The notes beneath the pieces were generated by a model. It saw nothing but the letters and a program-made list of their open reading frames with translations, did not search any database and was not told the origin of the DNA. Source: Klebsormidium nitens (taxonomy: Eukaryota > Plantae > Klebsormidiophyceae). Taken from it: a stretch of 64,000 bases of DNA. Position numbers and translations under genes: made by a program. Shown here piece by piece: positions 13,701 to 26,165 of this stretch. Numbering within the stretch: the stretch's first letter is position 1; every line of letters starts with the position of its first letter. Location of the stretch: assembly GCA_000708835.1 (NCBI GenBank), contig DF237028.1, positions 169,473-233,472 of the forward strand, in the 5' to 3' direction.

Positions 13701-16700
13701 GCACTGCTCGGAGCCGCCCTGCCAGAAGGCGTGCCCGGGCCGCTTCTCCCAGTCGGTCTTGTTGGTCTGCACGATCGCGTCTAGCTGCAGCTGCCACGGG
13801 GGGATTTCCAGCTCCGCCCTGCCAAAAAGGCAAAATCGGTTCGGGGATTTGTTCGGTCTAGAGTCAGTTTTGGGTAAGGGTTCAGCCTGCGAAAGATTCA
13901 TCGGGGTAGTCCCAGCGTCGAAAGGCTGCCAGTGATTGCTGCTGCAAGGCGGGGCTATGCTTCGAACATTTTGAGGGGTTGTTAAAAAATGTAAGAGACT
14001 GGCGGTGTATCGGAACCAAAAATAGCACGAGAAAAGTTGTCTGAGACCGACCAGTCGGACTGCCGCTTCAAAGCAACACAGTATGATGCTCGCACAAAAC
14101 GATACGAAAACGGACTGACCAACTAATGCTCGATAAGATCAGACGAATGCAAGCAGAGTAACAAACCAATTGCGCGCTTCTCCAATACCCTATCAATCCA
14201 TTTAGCACGAGGAGAAACTTCCGTCTAGCACCACGGAGAAAAAATGCATCCTCTGAGAGCCTTCATCGAATTTCAAGACGAAATCGACCCAATGCGTCAG
14301 ACCATGAACGGCGTGCCAAACTCCACACGTCAAGAGGCCGACACACGCCAAGAAGAGTTGCGCAACAGAGGAAGGGATGACTAACCAGCCCCAGAAGGAC
14401 CAGTCGGGCCACGTGATGTCCCAATGATTGGGCGTGCCGCAGTACTTGAGCAGCGGGGGCGGGTCCATGTCCATCTCCCACTGGTACTTGTCAACCAACG
14501 GATGGTCGAACGTTTCCACCATTACGTCAACATCGGGCACCTGGCAAGCAGATAACCAGGAATGTTAACCCGCAGAACAATCATGGCATACACAGTCCGA
14601 TATCACGGTTGGAAATACACAGAGGAGCTCGTAGCAAATAAGTACCAAGAGACAGACCGGAGGTGAAGGCACAGACCGAGAGAAGGGGTCAAATGGGCTG
14701 GTTACTGTCGTTCTGAAACCGGGCCGCTCAGGAAGAAAGGTCCAGAGTAGCATCTTCTTGTCACAAGTTCGCTCGATTTGCCGTGTCTGCCATAAAGACG
14801 TCCAAACAAGGCCCGCCAGACTGGTCTGCATCTAGGCGACCTCAGAAATGGGGGCAGCTGCTAGAAACAAGCGTGCTTGTCCGAAGCTGACGACCTTAAG
14901 CGGGGAATCTGCTCCCTTCATTTGCACCGTCGATCTGCAAATCCTGCAGACCCCTTAAGCGCCGGCATCTAAAAACACACAAAGAGTGCGCTACAAACTC
15001 GATAGACAAATTTGCTGGCATACAAGTGTACCCGGTCGGCTCACCTGGCCCGGGTACCGCTCGAGCAGCTGCAGGATGCCCCACACGGAGTAGTAGAAGC
15101 GCAGGTACTCCATGTACTTGTACTGCATCATCTGCCAGTTGCGCTCCACGTACAGTTCTCCATCCACAATCTGGAACCGGAAGTGAGCCAGCGGCCTGCG
15201 TACAATCGGTTGAGTTAGACGTACGTTGAGTAGCGTCAATACCTCGGGCTTGAACAAACCATCAAAAGCTCAACATAAAATGAAGACGCTCTGCATCCGT
15301 ACTCACCCTGAATCCTCAAACCAAGTTCTCCGGTCCCGAGACAGTAATCTAACTTCACATAGGCTCTACTTCAACTTCACAACAGTTTGTATCTGCGAAA
15401 GTGCACCCCCAATATGACAAGGCCTGTTGCTTGTAACTTTCTGCAGCCGAAAGTTGTGAAGAATGAAGCAAGCGAGGACTCGCGTGACATGATTCAGCCC
15501 CTATAAGCTGGCACCGCTGGTCAAGACCGAACTCTGAGAAAGCTCGCAAGAGGATCTCGACTTAGCTTAGTGAGGTCAGAAAAAAAACACTGAAACTCGA
15601 AACACTGTGCACGATTTGTTCTGTCCAGGCTGGTTGGCGAACATGAGGGAGGCATCATCAAAAGGGCTCTCAGTTTGTCAGAAATTTTCAGAACTTTAGA
15701 GTCCTCGGCATTTGAGTTGTATTTGGGACAGTAAGGGCAGAACTCGAGGGGAAAGCCTCAACGCTGACAAATCAAGTTGACACCAGACCTTTCGAAACAT
15801 GGCGTCACAATCACAATGACAAAATTGACAGTACGTCTGCTTCAAATGGATGCAGGCGCAGGCCCAAGAGTGCCGGACAGTCTGAGGTAGATGATATAGG
15901 TGCGGGGGAAAGCACCACATGGGAAACAGAATGGCCTATAGAAGTTCGCAGGGCTTGCTGAACCACATGATTCCTGTGAAGAACGCAATATATAGACATT
16001 CTTTGAAACCCATATGTTGCTGACATAAAAGAAGCTCATATGCACACGAAGCTAAGATGTCATTTACATATCGTTCCGTACATATTAAAAACGACATATA
16101 TTTTATTGTTCGTTTATACCAGGATCACAAGGAGGCAAGCATTGAGTACATAGATGCCCTCCGAAAGTAAGAAGCGCATCCATCTCTTCAAAGTATCTTC
16201 AGCTCAACAAAGATCTAGTGACATCCAGAAGCAATGCCCATGTCACAGTCAGCCGCAGCCTTTGATACTGCAAGCCTAGTAGACCAGATAGAGAATCTGC
16301 CCCTTACTCACCACGCATTGAACAGGGCGGCTGGGGTGATGCCCTGCCGATCGCTCCACGGCTGAAAGTCCTCTCTGATGATGTTGTACCAGTCGGGACA
16401 CTTTTGGACATCTGACCGCCGGCCCCCCCGGAGCATCTGCTCCTGCGAGCTCTCGATAATCTGCCGCATCCGCTGCCGGATGCTTTGGCCCGGCGCCGAG
16501 AAGTTTGTCGCGACGTACGGGATTTGCGCGGGCTCGTATGCCGTCATGACCAAGTGCACGCCCTCCCATCGGTAGAGCTCAAAGTACAACAGCAGCAGCT
16601 GGGGGTCCAGGTGGAGAACGTCAGACCGGGGCTGCCTTTCTCTTGAGTCAAGATCTTCTGCTTCAAATGAGTCAAGATCTTCTGCCTCAAAGTTGGAAAC

Positions 16701-17356
16701 TTCTACTGAGTCGAATCGTTTGCTTTGAAGTAGGACATTTCTACTTAGTCAAGGTCTTCTGCTTTCAAGTAGGAAATATCTACTCCAAAGCAGTGCAACA
16801 AGTACATAGAAACTCAACTCTGACACGATCCGAGTATGATACAGCTCAAGAAGGTTCATGATCAATTGAGACTGACCAATCGGTGGAGCAGTGAAATAGG
16901 AATAGGGGCCTAGCCCACTGCTGGCGAAAAGTTAGGGGCTCTACACTGAAGTTCTTCTCAAAAGTCGACTCCCTGCCACAGAATCTTGACTACTGGGCCT
17001 CTTGATAACGCACCACATCAGTCATGGACAGCATGAACTTCTGCAAATGCGAGAGGGGCTTCCATGGAGATTCCTTTGAAAGCCAGGGGTTTTGCGAGTA
17101 TCTCAGCTATCAGCTTTTTCAGAAGAAGGAAAGAAGTCAAGGCCTGTTCGTAGCCAGCATCAAGAGCAGATCAGCAGGTGGTATGTATTAAAGAAGAGAA
17201 GGTGGACACACGATTCAGGATGCACTTCGGGCTCAAGGCTCCTTTCAATTCAAGCCGAATTGGGGCAGCACAAAGGTGTGGAAACTAGCATACCAGGATA
17301 AGAGCAGCCACCGACGCTGCAAATGTTTCCTTCCGCATGTCACCAAAGACTCCCAT
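10750..17356 (-). CDS. Glycosyltransferase family 90 (CAP10 / O-glucosyltransferase rumi-like) with long charged C-terminal tail; 5' end uncertain
   Basis: In-phase exons give CPDWYNIIREDFQPW, AHFRFQIVDGELYV, WGILQLLERYPGQ-VPDVD, DITWPDWSFWGWAELEIPPW, QCQHKFKLYMEGWAWSASGKYILACD and VYDYMLHVLREYASLQ. Last exon is 11373-10750. Candidate start MGVFGDMRKETFAASVAALIL at 17356 is tentative. Confidence 0.87.
16643..16780 (-). repeat. Degenerate ~39-bp tandem repeat (about 4 units) at the 5' boundary of a GT90 exon
   Basis: Minus-strand units gtagatatttcctacttgaaagcagaagaccttgactaa, gtagaaatgtcctacttcaaagcaaacgattcgactca, gtagaagtttccaactttgaggcagaagatcttgactca and partial tttgaagcagaagatcttgactca. 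The last units read VEVSNFEAEDLDSFEAEDLDS in frame with the exon. Confidence 0.7.
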
Positions 17357-18168
17357 TGCTTTCAATGACTGCCTTCGCCAACCGACATGGCCGTCAATAC
17401 CTCAAACACTAAGCAAATAGTACTCTCCCTCTCCTTACACTTGAGCAAAGCACTTTCGTGGCTTTTCGCCCGGTCACAAGCACCACTGGCAAAAGGGTGC
17501 TGCTTCAAAAGTGGTCGACGCGCATTGTGTCACAGATCTCTAGCCACAGGAACTTGATTCTGCCATTGCTTCAAAGGCGCTGAGCTGCTCAGCAGCTGCT
17601 GCCTCTAAGAGAGTGAAGACAATAACTGAGCAAGCTTGTGAGAGCAAGCTTGTGACAGTGTACTAACTGCAGTGTTCAGCCCATGCATCAGGTGGATCCC
17701 TGCAGATCCCCCCAGAAGAGAGACGAAGTCGAGCTCACCCCCCTGAAATAAAGGTGCTTATGTCGACGGCTAAAAGATCATCATAAACCTTGATCGACGG
17801 TTCAAAAGAGACAGTTGGGGTTGTTGAATGTGGTGCGAGAGAGAGTGCTCATCAGCGGGCAGCCACTGGGGCAACTAGGGCTGTCGCCACAGCTGCATGC
17901 ATGGCGTGATCACACTGACATTGTGACGAGGGGACATGGCTGCGTTGGAAAGGTGCCACTGCTAATGAAGGCGTGAACGCCGCCAGAAAGCTTATCTATG
18001 CAGGGCTCTGTTGCCCCTTCCTCCGCGGTTCGGACAGTGTTTAGGGACGGTCCTATGGGTTTGTAAATGGAAGCTAACTGAACGGGGTAGGGCCCAGCGA
18101 TGCGGGGCTGTTTTCCCTCACCCATCAATGTAAGACTTTAACGGGAAAGATTGTCATCTGAGTGCAGG

Positions 18169-19221
18169 ATGTCCGATGCCTTGTTTGGTATCATTCGGGA
18201 GTTCGAGGGCGCGCTGGAGGGACAGATGAGGCGGCAGCGCGAGGAGAACATCCAGCGCAAGCGCGAGTTTGAGAAACGGTTTCTGGAAAAGGAGTTGGAG
18301 CTTGCAGAGAGGGAGAACTCCTGGAAGAAGGATTTGCAGAGAAGAGAGGTGCGCCTGCCTTGGTATTTATGACGAGGGAGGGTCTCGAAGAGGTTAATTC
18401 ACCTGCTTTGGGACCGCTTATAGTACACCTCGCCAATTCATGTGGTCTGTCGGTTTGATGAGAGCCTCATCTTCTTGGATGCTTTCTTGGGTTGCTGAGC
18501 TTGGGATGTTGGAATCCTTGGTTGTTGCCCACTCCGTTAATCATTGGGTTTTGAGATCAAGGGCAAGGGGTTATGAGCTGACGGTGGCAAAAAGTATCCA
18601 GCTGTCAATGATGGTGATTGAACCGGACAATCTCCTGCCCTTCCACCTGATTATACAGTGTTCAACAAAGCCCAATTTGTGCACAAGACTGTTGGCAGAC
18701 CAGTAGCATTTGTTCAAATGCTAAAAGGGTGTAGCAGAGTTTAATGGGTTTATTTTGTGCATAAGCACCAGTTGCTGGCTGAATCAAGGTGCTAGTACCA
18801 AGCTTGCACTGGACGGTGATGATTTGTTCCTTGAAAAGTTCCATCTCATGTCCTTCTGGTTCCTTGCGTTGTCTTGGAAGTAAAAGGTGTGCGATGGCCA
18901 TACTTACACTAGATCCGGTGATTGCACAAGGGTAGTCCTATGCAAGGTGGCCTGTGTTTGGCGAAAAAGTTGGTTCTTGAAGTCAGTTGAGAATGTTGAT
19001 TTCCAGTGTCGTGTTGGTGTGATGATGTACAATGGTTTGGTGCGTGTCTGCAGAAATCTGTCGCTGAGAAGGAGAGATATTTGCGTGAAGAGAAAGAGGC
19101 GATCGAGAGAGAAGCACGGTTGCTGAAGGGGGAGGTGGATCCTGTAAAGGATAAAGGGGTTGTTGAGATTGCCTTTGGAAATGAGCAGTACAGATGTTTA
19201 AGGCAACCCACACGCAGATGA
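18169..19221 (+). CDS. Conserved uncharacterised coiled-coil protein (C-terminal two exons; 5' extent may reach ~17690)
   Basis: Exons 18169-18348 and 19054-19221 join in phase 0 to give ...ELAERENSWKKDLQRRE-KSVAEKERYLREEKEAIERE...VVEIAFGNEQYRCLR. From memory this resembles a land-plant protein C-terminus (WKEQLSRRE...LEITVSGEKYRCLR). Confidence 0.7.
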
Positions 19222-20428
19222 CCCATAGATAGCCTAGCGAGGCGTACATTGTTTCGAGTTTGTTCTTGTACAGAGAAACTCTGCATATAGGTAGCACAGT
19301 TCTGGCATGAGAGCGTCACTCGGGCCTTGCCTCGCAAGCAGGACGAGACATTCGATTTTTTGAGAGCGCGGCTATCCCCAGTCGCGATCTTTGATCCTCG
19401 ATCAACTTGGAAAGAGGTCTGTAGAGGTTGAATCTCAAGCTGGTTTTAATGATAGGTTGAGAGAGCCCGCTAGGTTTAGATAGCTCCGCACTGTGAGGAT
19501 TTGCCCACCACGGTGACCAAATCGGGGAACGCTCTTCTGTCAACATGTTCATTTGGGCGGCCACTACAACCATGCATGCTTTGGTCCGCTCTGGTAGATG
19601 CGCCGCCATCATTCATTAACGACTAAGTTACGCATCGCAGGTGGAAACTGAGTTACGGTAGCCTACTGCCATATAGCTAGCCATGACGTGCCGCTCTCGA
19701 CTGCTCACATGTACACAGCTGGGGACCTTCAAGGTCCCCAGCTTAGTATGGTAGGTAATATGCATATATACCTATTGCATGCATGTTGAATCTCATGCAT
19801 GTCGGACGCGGCCTTTATGATAGCTGGGTTCAATGTTCATGATTGCGCGAGCTAGAGAGCTTTATGTAACTCGATCCTCATGCAGAAGCGCACGAACGAT
19901 TGATGATATACTGATGTCAGTAGCCAGTGGCGGCAGACTCACCTAGATCGACGTGCAGCTACACATATAGCTCTGCACCATGCCCTGCATGAGAGCACTT
20001 CATGATGACACGTTGAACTTCAGGATGCAATTCAAGCTCATGCTTAACGGAACACTTGGAAGTGTCTCTACTCCTCGAACTCCCGTGAACTACCAGAGTA
20101 CACTGAGTGGTTTGAAGGCACCCTGACCAAGACCCTGACATTATCAACATGACGGCTTTGCCATCTAAGTACTTAATTACATTAGAGCGTGACACCTCCG
20201 AGCCCGCATTGTCTGAGCTGTACCATTATAACCAACTAGTACCATTGGGCAGGGCTCTCTCTGCTACCTTGAACAAACTCGTTTCACCTTTGCAGCTATT
20301 GGGGCCCCGCAGAGCCTTTTGACTTTTTCGAGTTCATGCCGAATTTACAGCTTACATAATGGTTCTATCATATACCCATTGGCCTACGCCCAATATCGAC
20401 GTCAGACCACCGACCTGTTCATGTGGCC

Positions 20429-23400
20429 CTAAGACCAGCTTTTGATGTCCAATTCGTCTAGCTCCCTCGCCTTGTCAAAGTCGCCTGCGTCATCCGCACT
20501 GCCCTGACCCTTTTCTATGTGATCCATAAGTTGCGCCTCCTGCTCTTGCCTCCAGTCGAGGCTTTGTCGAACCTGCTGCTTCATCGACTCCGCAGCATTC
20601 AGTATCTCTCTCAGGGGGCTCTGCACACAAACAAGAAAGTCAATCCTTGAAACAAAGCGACTTTGAAGGACAGAAAAGGCAAAAGAGAATCAAAGTTCCT
20701 TATCTGACGTCACCACTCCCTTCAAGCACACACGCCTAACGGATTACATGGTTCACAACCAACAGGAACAATGAGTAGCTGGTTTACAAGATGCAAGAAA
20801 AAAGGTCTAGGGCTTTTTGGTCAAGTCCTGAGGATCTTCTAGCCACCTGTCCTGACCCAAGTTTTCTCTCTCCTTTTTTCAAGTTCAAGGTGTCAGCATC
20901 CGAGCCCAAGGCCGTACCTCCCCGTCCTGTTGCGAGAGGCAGCGCTGCAGCTTGAGCACCAGCACCTCTAGCTGTTCGTCCAGGACCTCCACCGTGCCCT
21001 GCAGCCGCACATGGCTCTCCTTCTCGATCCGCTGGAGCGCCTGCACAGCGGAAACAACATGCGTCAAATTTCAACAGAGCGGTCTTTCCTGGTGCGAAAC
21101 TGCACAGTGGGGACCACCACTGTCCGAACAGAACGCTCTTGACTTGTCCGTAAATGCACCACGGTGGCGACAAGTGCCAACGGAAGTCTGATGCTGTCCA
21201 GGAGGTGTATAAAACATGGGTGAGCGCTGGTGCGGCAGCTATCTGAATGCCCCTGAAGCATGCCACTCTGTGATTTATCGCTCCATGATGTTCGGACCAC
21301 GCAAGACTCCCGAGATCCTCAGAAGCGATGATCCGCTTGCATTTAGCTGTGCATTTCCTTTACAGAGGGTAATAGGTTTGCGCTTGAAAAGGCACAGAGG
21401 GCATGAAGTTTCAGAAAGTGCGAGGAAAAACTCTTTGACTTCTGACGTGAAGCAAAAGCTGCCCACCTTTCTTCCTTTTGTACGCTCAAAGGGGCCAACT
21501 AAACCATGCTCGAAAGCGCACTCAAAGACTCGGAAGCTTGACTACTGCGGAATGCTTTGCAATACATGACAGTCCCCTCGAACCACGGCACAATCTTGAG
21601 TATGTGCCAGCTTGCTTTAAAAGCAGAAATCTTCTAGGAAGAAGGCACTCAAAATCTTCGTTTGGGTACCTTCCTCCAACTCCAGCAGCGACAATCAGAA
21701 AGCAAGACGTTTGAATTGTAAGCGGGACACTCTTTCTACGATAACATCAGCCCCTTCCGAACCAGCGAACTTCAGACAGCGGGTTCACTTACCGCCTTCT
21801 TATCCCTCGCCTTCGCCGACAGAAACTGGCGGTACCGCAGGTAATCGTCATACCCCGCCTCCCCTTTCTTCGGTGCGGGGCCCTTCCAGTGCGGCACCCC
21901 CTCGTCGTCATAATACAAGCCGTTCCGCATTGGGTCTGCCGAACTCGCCCTCAGCGGCAGACCGAAGTTGGCCCCGCTGGCCTTGAGTGCCCCGCTCGCG
22001 TTTGCCAACACCTGGGCCACGCCCTTTTCTGGCGCGCCGTTCAGGCGCTTCGGAGTCGACGCCCGTACAACGGGATTGTCCTTCCGCTTGGGGCTGCGCT
22101 GCCCGCTCGTGAGAACGGTGCTTGGGGAGGGGGACGGGGAGAAATGCCTCCCCCCTGGAGCGGGGGAAAGCGCGCGGGGGGAACCATCCGGGGTGGTGTG
22201 CACTGACTTGGTCCTCCGGAGTTGACTCGGAGACAGGCCCTGCCGGAACCGGGGGGTCTCCGGGGGGCTCGTAGGTGCAGAGCGTGCAACCCCCCCGGGG
22301 GTATCCGTGGGAATTCCCGGTTGGACTTTAGGTTTGAGGAGCGGGGGAGTGAGGCCGAGCCTAAGGCCGTCTGGCTTGACGCCTTTTTGCGCCAGGGCAG
22401 ACGCAATCTTCAGGCAGAGGTCGTCAGGGCTGTTTGAATCGTTCTGGGGGGGGATTGCTGAGACCCGCTGCTGGAATGGGAGGTCCGGGGGGGGACCGTG
22501 CGAGAGGGTGGATATGCGTGGCAGCGAGTCCTGGTACTTTGCAAAGTCGGGGGTGTTTCTGGAGTCAAACACGTTGAGGGACCCAAAGACACCGGACCCT
22601 TGCAAACCACTGCTTGTGGAGAACGTGGGCACGGGGACGGCTTCGGTGGTGGGGTTTGCGTTTTTAGCTTCCGCTAAGAGCTGGTCGAGGAAGTCTTCCT
22701 GCTTGGCTTGGTCGACTTCGAAGAAAGCCCCTTCATAGGGGCCAGCCTGCGCACTCCCCCGACTCTCCTCTCCGGAGACTTGTTGTGAGAAGGACGAGAG
22801 GAGGTTCTCCAGCCCGTCCTGCGTGTTGTCCTGGGCACCAAACAGCTCCTCAAGAGCCCGGTTCTTGTCGTCCTGGTTCTCCTGCGCGATGCAGCACCGT
22901 CGGTGAGACCAAGCGAACCTCCGGTGTTCAACTTTACCAAGGATGTCTTTGTTCACGCGAGACGCGGCGTCAGCACGCCACAAACAGCTGATTTGGCACA
23001 TGATACAGGGATGCGGACATGGCGCATTCTGCCCTCCTGAGGATCCCAAACGGGAAGGCATCTACCACAGCACCCTGTGTCATTGTGAAGAGCAGAAAGC
23101 AAGGACTGGGATACGTCACTGTCCGTGGTTCAATCTCTTCCAAACCATGCTGGGTGGACAGACTCACACTCCGGACCCTACTGCAGACTGCAGAGACAAA
23201 GCTCTAATTTGACATCATCTCAGGTGTTAAGTACATGAGAGTGGACGCAGACTGACGCTGCCAGAGAATCTATCTGAAGCAAGTCATCAAACATTGACAA
23301 TGTACACATCAAGCAGAATCGCAAGCAGTTGCATCCGCATCGCCGACACCATACGCATTCGCGTGCATCTAGCCCAAGACGACTGGCCTCCTCATAGTTT

Positions 23401-23848
23401 CGGGAAAACTTACCCCCTGGCGCGCCCCACTATGATCCTGCAACCGGTAATCCTGTTCCGTGGCCCCCAGGAACCCATGCCCTGGCTCCGTCTCCCCTCC
23501 GTCCGCGTAGTAGTCCTTTTGCGTCCCCCCATAGCTGATGGCCGGGCTGCTTGGCGTACTGTTGATGTCCAGATCGTCCAGCAGAAAGTCCATGTCATCG
23601 CTGTTCCTCGTTGGCAGCCCCGCCAAATCCACGTTGGTCCCCACCCCCGCCCCAAACCCTTCAAACACCTGCTCACCGTCCTCTTGGCCCGACTGGCCGA
23701 GCCGGGGATCCCCATTCACCAGGCTCTTCCACCCGCTGAGAGTGACCTGAGTGCCCTCCCAGTCTTCTGCGGAGGCCCCCTGCGCGGCAGCGTTGCTCGG
23801 CGGCTTTTGTTTGGGCCGCAGGTGGAGCGTCTCGAACAGGTTCTTCAT
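20429..23848 (-). CDS. Unknown ~612-aa protein: disordered acidic and Ser/Pro-rich body, short basic segment, C-terminal coiled coil
   Basis: Exons 23848-23414, 22881-21793, 21040-20918 and 20620-20429 all have GT/AG boundaries, are phase 0 and form one open frame with GC-rich codons. No family motif recognised. Confidence 0.75.
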
Positions 23849-25254
23849 CCTGGCGCTTGGTTACAGACGCTGCACATAGGGAGTTGGATGTTATCATCAC
23901 AATCAAGAGGACTCGTCAGTTCTGGCGAGACGGAACAGGAAAGCTTTCGGAGCCCTCCGTCCAGTGGATATATTCTATTTCAACATGCTGCCCTGCTTGT
24001 ATGCTGCTCTCCCTGCCCTGCTTGTATGCTGCTCTTCTTACAATGATGTTTATACTCAATCCTCGGCAAGGATCTCCTTTAGTCCTGTGAATTGTGGAAG
24101 TCCAATGTACTGAAAGACAGAATATTAGCGGACACATCTACTTTATGACGACATACCAGCACGAGCCCTGGGAGCAAGTAGGAACGAAATCAGCAGCCTT
24201 GATGTTGAATTTTCCGCACTAGAGCTCGTTCAATGAACAGATTGTCACCAAGTGATGTGCAGATCAGGGGTCGGCGTTACTTGCGACTTCAGAAGGACAA
24301 CATACTCCTGTGGAATTATCCCTCCACCCTTTTGCTGCAAAAGTGTGCTGCTTGCCTAGGAAACTTCACCAAATTCAGGTTGTTCAGACCATGTGTCCTA
24401 TCTTCAACACATTCTTGTAGAGCTTTGGAATCGTAACAGGGTTGAAAGTGGTCAATGATGCACCGAGGTAAGAACAAAGGAAAACTAGCATTCTCCAAAT
24501 ACTAAAAGGCAGCTCGCTGAATCAACTTGACCAGAATCATTTCCGACTTCTCCGCACAATTTTACCCTGGCACACACTCTGCAATCTTGAAGAGCGTACT
24601 AGAGGAAGTCGAAGAGCCCCTTCGTGCAGGCGAGTTGAGCTACACACTTACTAGGATTGGCTCCCCACTTCTCTCCACAGCGCCTACTCCCAAGAGAATT
24701 TCTTCCTATAGTCAAAACTCATGCTGCTGAAACTGCACCTCCTCACTGCCACATGCCTGCATTGCAAAGCTCCGCCCTGAATTGCTTCTAGCTGGAGGAA
24801 CAAAGTGGCTTCAGCCTAGGGCTCACAGCCGCTCATCGGAGTCACTGAGGAGAATGCGACGGAAGAGAACACCCTTGAGGAGTCCGCGTGCGCGGTACGT
24901 GCCTGGGCCTGTAGGCTGTACCTACATTGCGACAATTGTGCTCAAGCCTCAAGTTGTCTCTGTGACTGCGTTGACACGTGATGTGAAGATGAGACTTGGA
25001 GTAGCGTTTGCCGACTTGGCAAGTGTCATTGGATGTCCACATCTTCCATCCAAAGCACACTGCCCGGCCGGGGACTACTGCAGGTTTGGTATCTCAGTTA
25101 GGTCGATTAAACCCTCTTTGTGCGGCCAGACCACGCTGGGTTCATGGTGGTTAAGAGTCCCCCGCCGCCCGGTACCAGCAGCGACCGAAAGTCGAGGGCG
25201 CGGTACGCTATTGCTATCATTCTAGTTTCCAGGTTGACCTGCCTTTAAACGTCG

Positions 25255-25264
25255 GACACGTGTC
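25255..25264. promoter_or_regulatory. Perfect G-box/ABRE-like palindrome GACACGTGTC in the divergent intergenic region
   Basis: 10-bp palindrome with ACGT core in a GC-rich stretch between two divergent genes. Function is not shown. Confidence 0.3.
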
Positions 25265-26165
25265 AATGGAATGATCGCGGTTACGCGCGTGTACGGTCGT
25301 TTGACGGCCTTGACACTCTCCCCGGTCGCCCCTTTCGCACCGAGTTTGGGCGGGGCCACCTGTACGGCACGGCGGAACTCCGACGGACTCGGGAAGGCTA
25401 CGGGCGCGCTGCCGGCCGCCTAGAAGTTTGGCGACTGGGCAGTGGGATTCCGGCTGGCCACACAGGGAGTTGAAGCTCAGTGAACTTGTGAAGGCTCCGG
25501 CATCCCAGGCGCACCCGGTTGGGTTTCTGACACCGAGCTTGCCTTTACCGTCGGCCCGTCGTCCGGGATCCCTGACACCCAAAACCGGGCGCTTTTAACT
25601 TTTGGTCAAAAGTGATGAGTCTGAGGTCAGTTGACATCATGCAATTTCTTCCCTGCGCCTAGGTGGAAGTTTGCGGGCCGCAAGTGCCAGCCCTACGTTG
25701 GTCAGGGATAAAGTGCGCGGCCATGTGGATAGGGTTTCGCCTTCCTTCCTCAGGCTCAGGCGGCTCCACTCCATGGCTTCTAGTACTACAGACCACAGCT
25801 GGGGCGTTGTGGCGAAGTTTGTATGATCACCCCTCCTACTATTACTTCTACTAGCCAGACTAGCGCTGGTCGAATCCTGTGGCCTGAGTCCTGACTACAA
25901 CTCCTCTCTTTTCCTGACTCGTACAGGACTCGTACAGGAAGGAGGGCCGTGCACTTTTCTAGGGGCTCTCTGTAGTGGATCAGCTGTGCATTGAGTTGCT
26001 TCACGCTTGTTGTATTTGTCTAAATGACTGTGAACAAATCCCGTCATGCCACCCTGCTTAGCAACTGCTCGCCATTCAGGGTGAAGCCATTGGCAAGAGC
26101 TGAAGCTGACGGCACACTTTGAACACAGAGATAGCTGAAGATCCGAGAACAAAACTGCGGTGGCA

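Noticed and set aside
23294-24046. 250-aa plus-strand ORF
   Set aside because: Mostly antisense to exon 23848-23414, with no motif and a GC-driven lack of stops.
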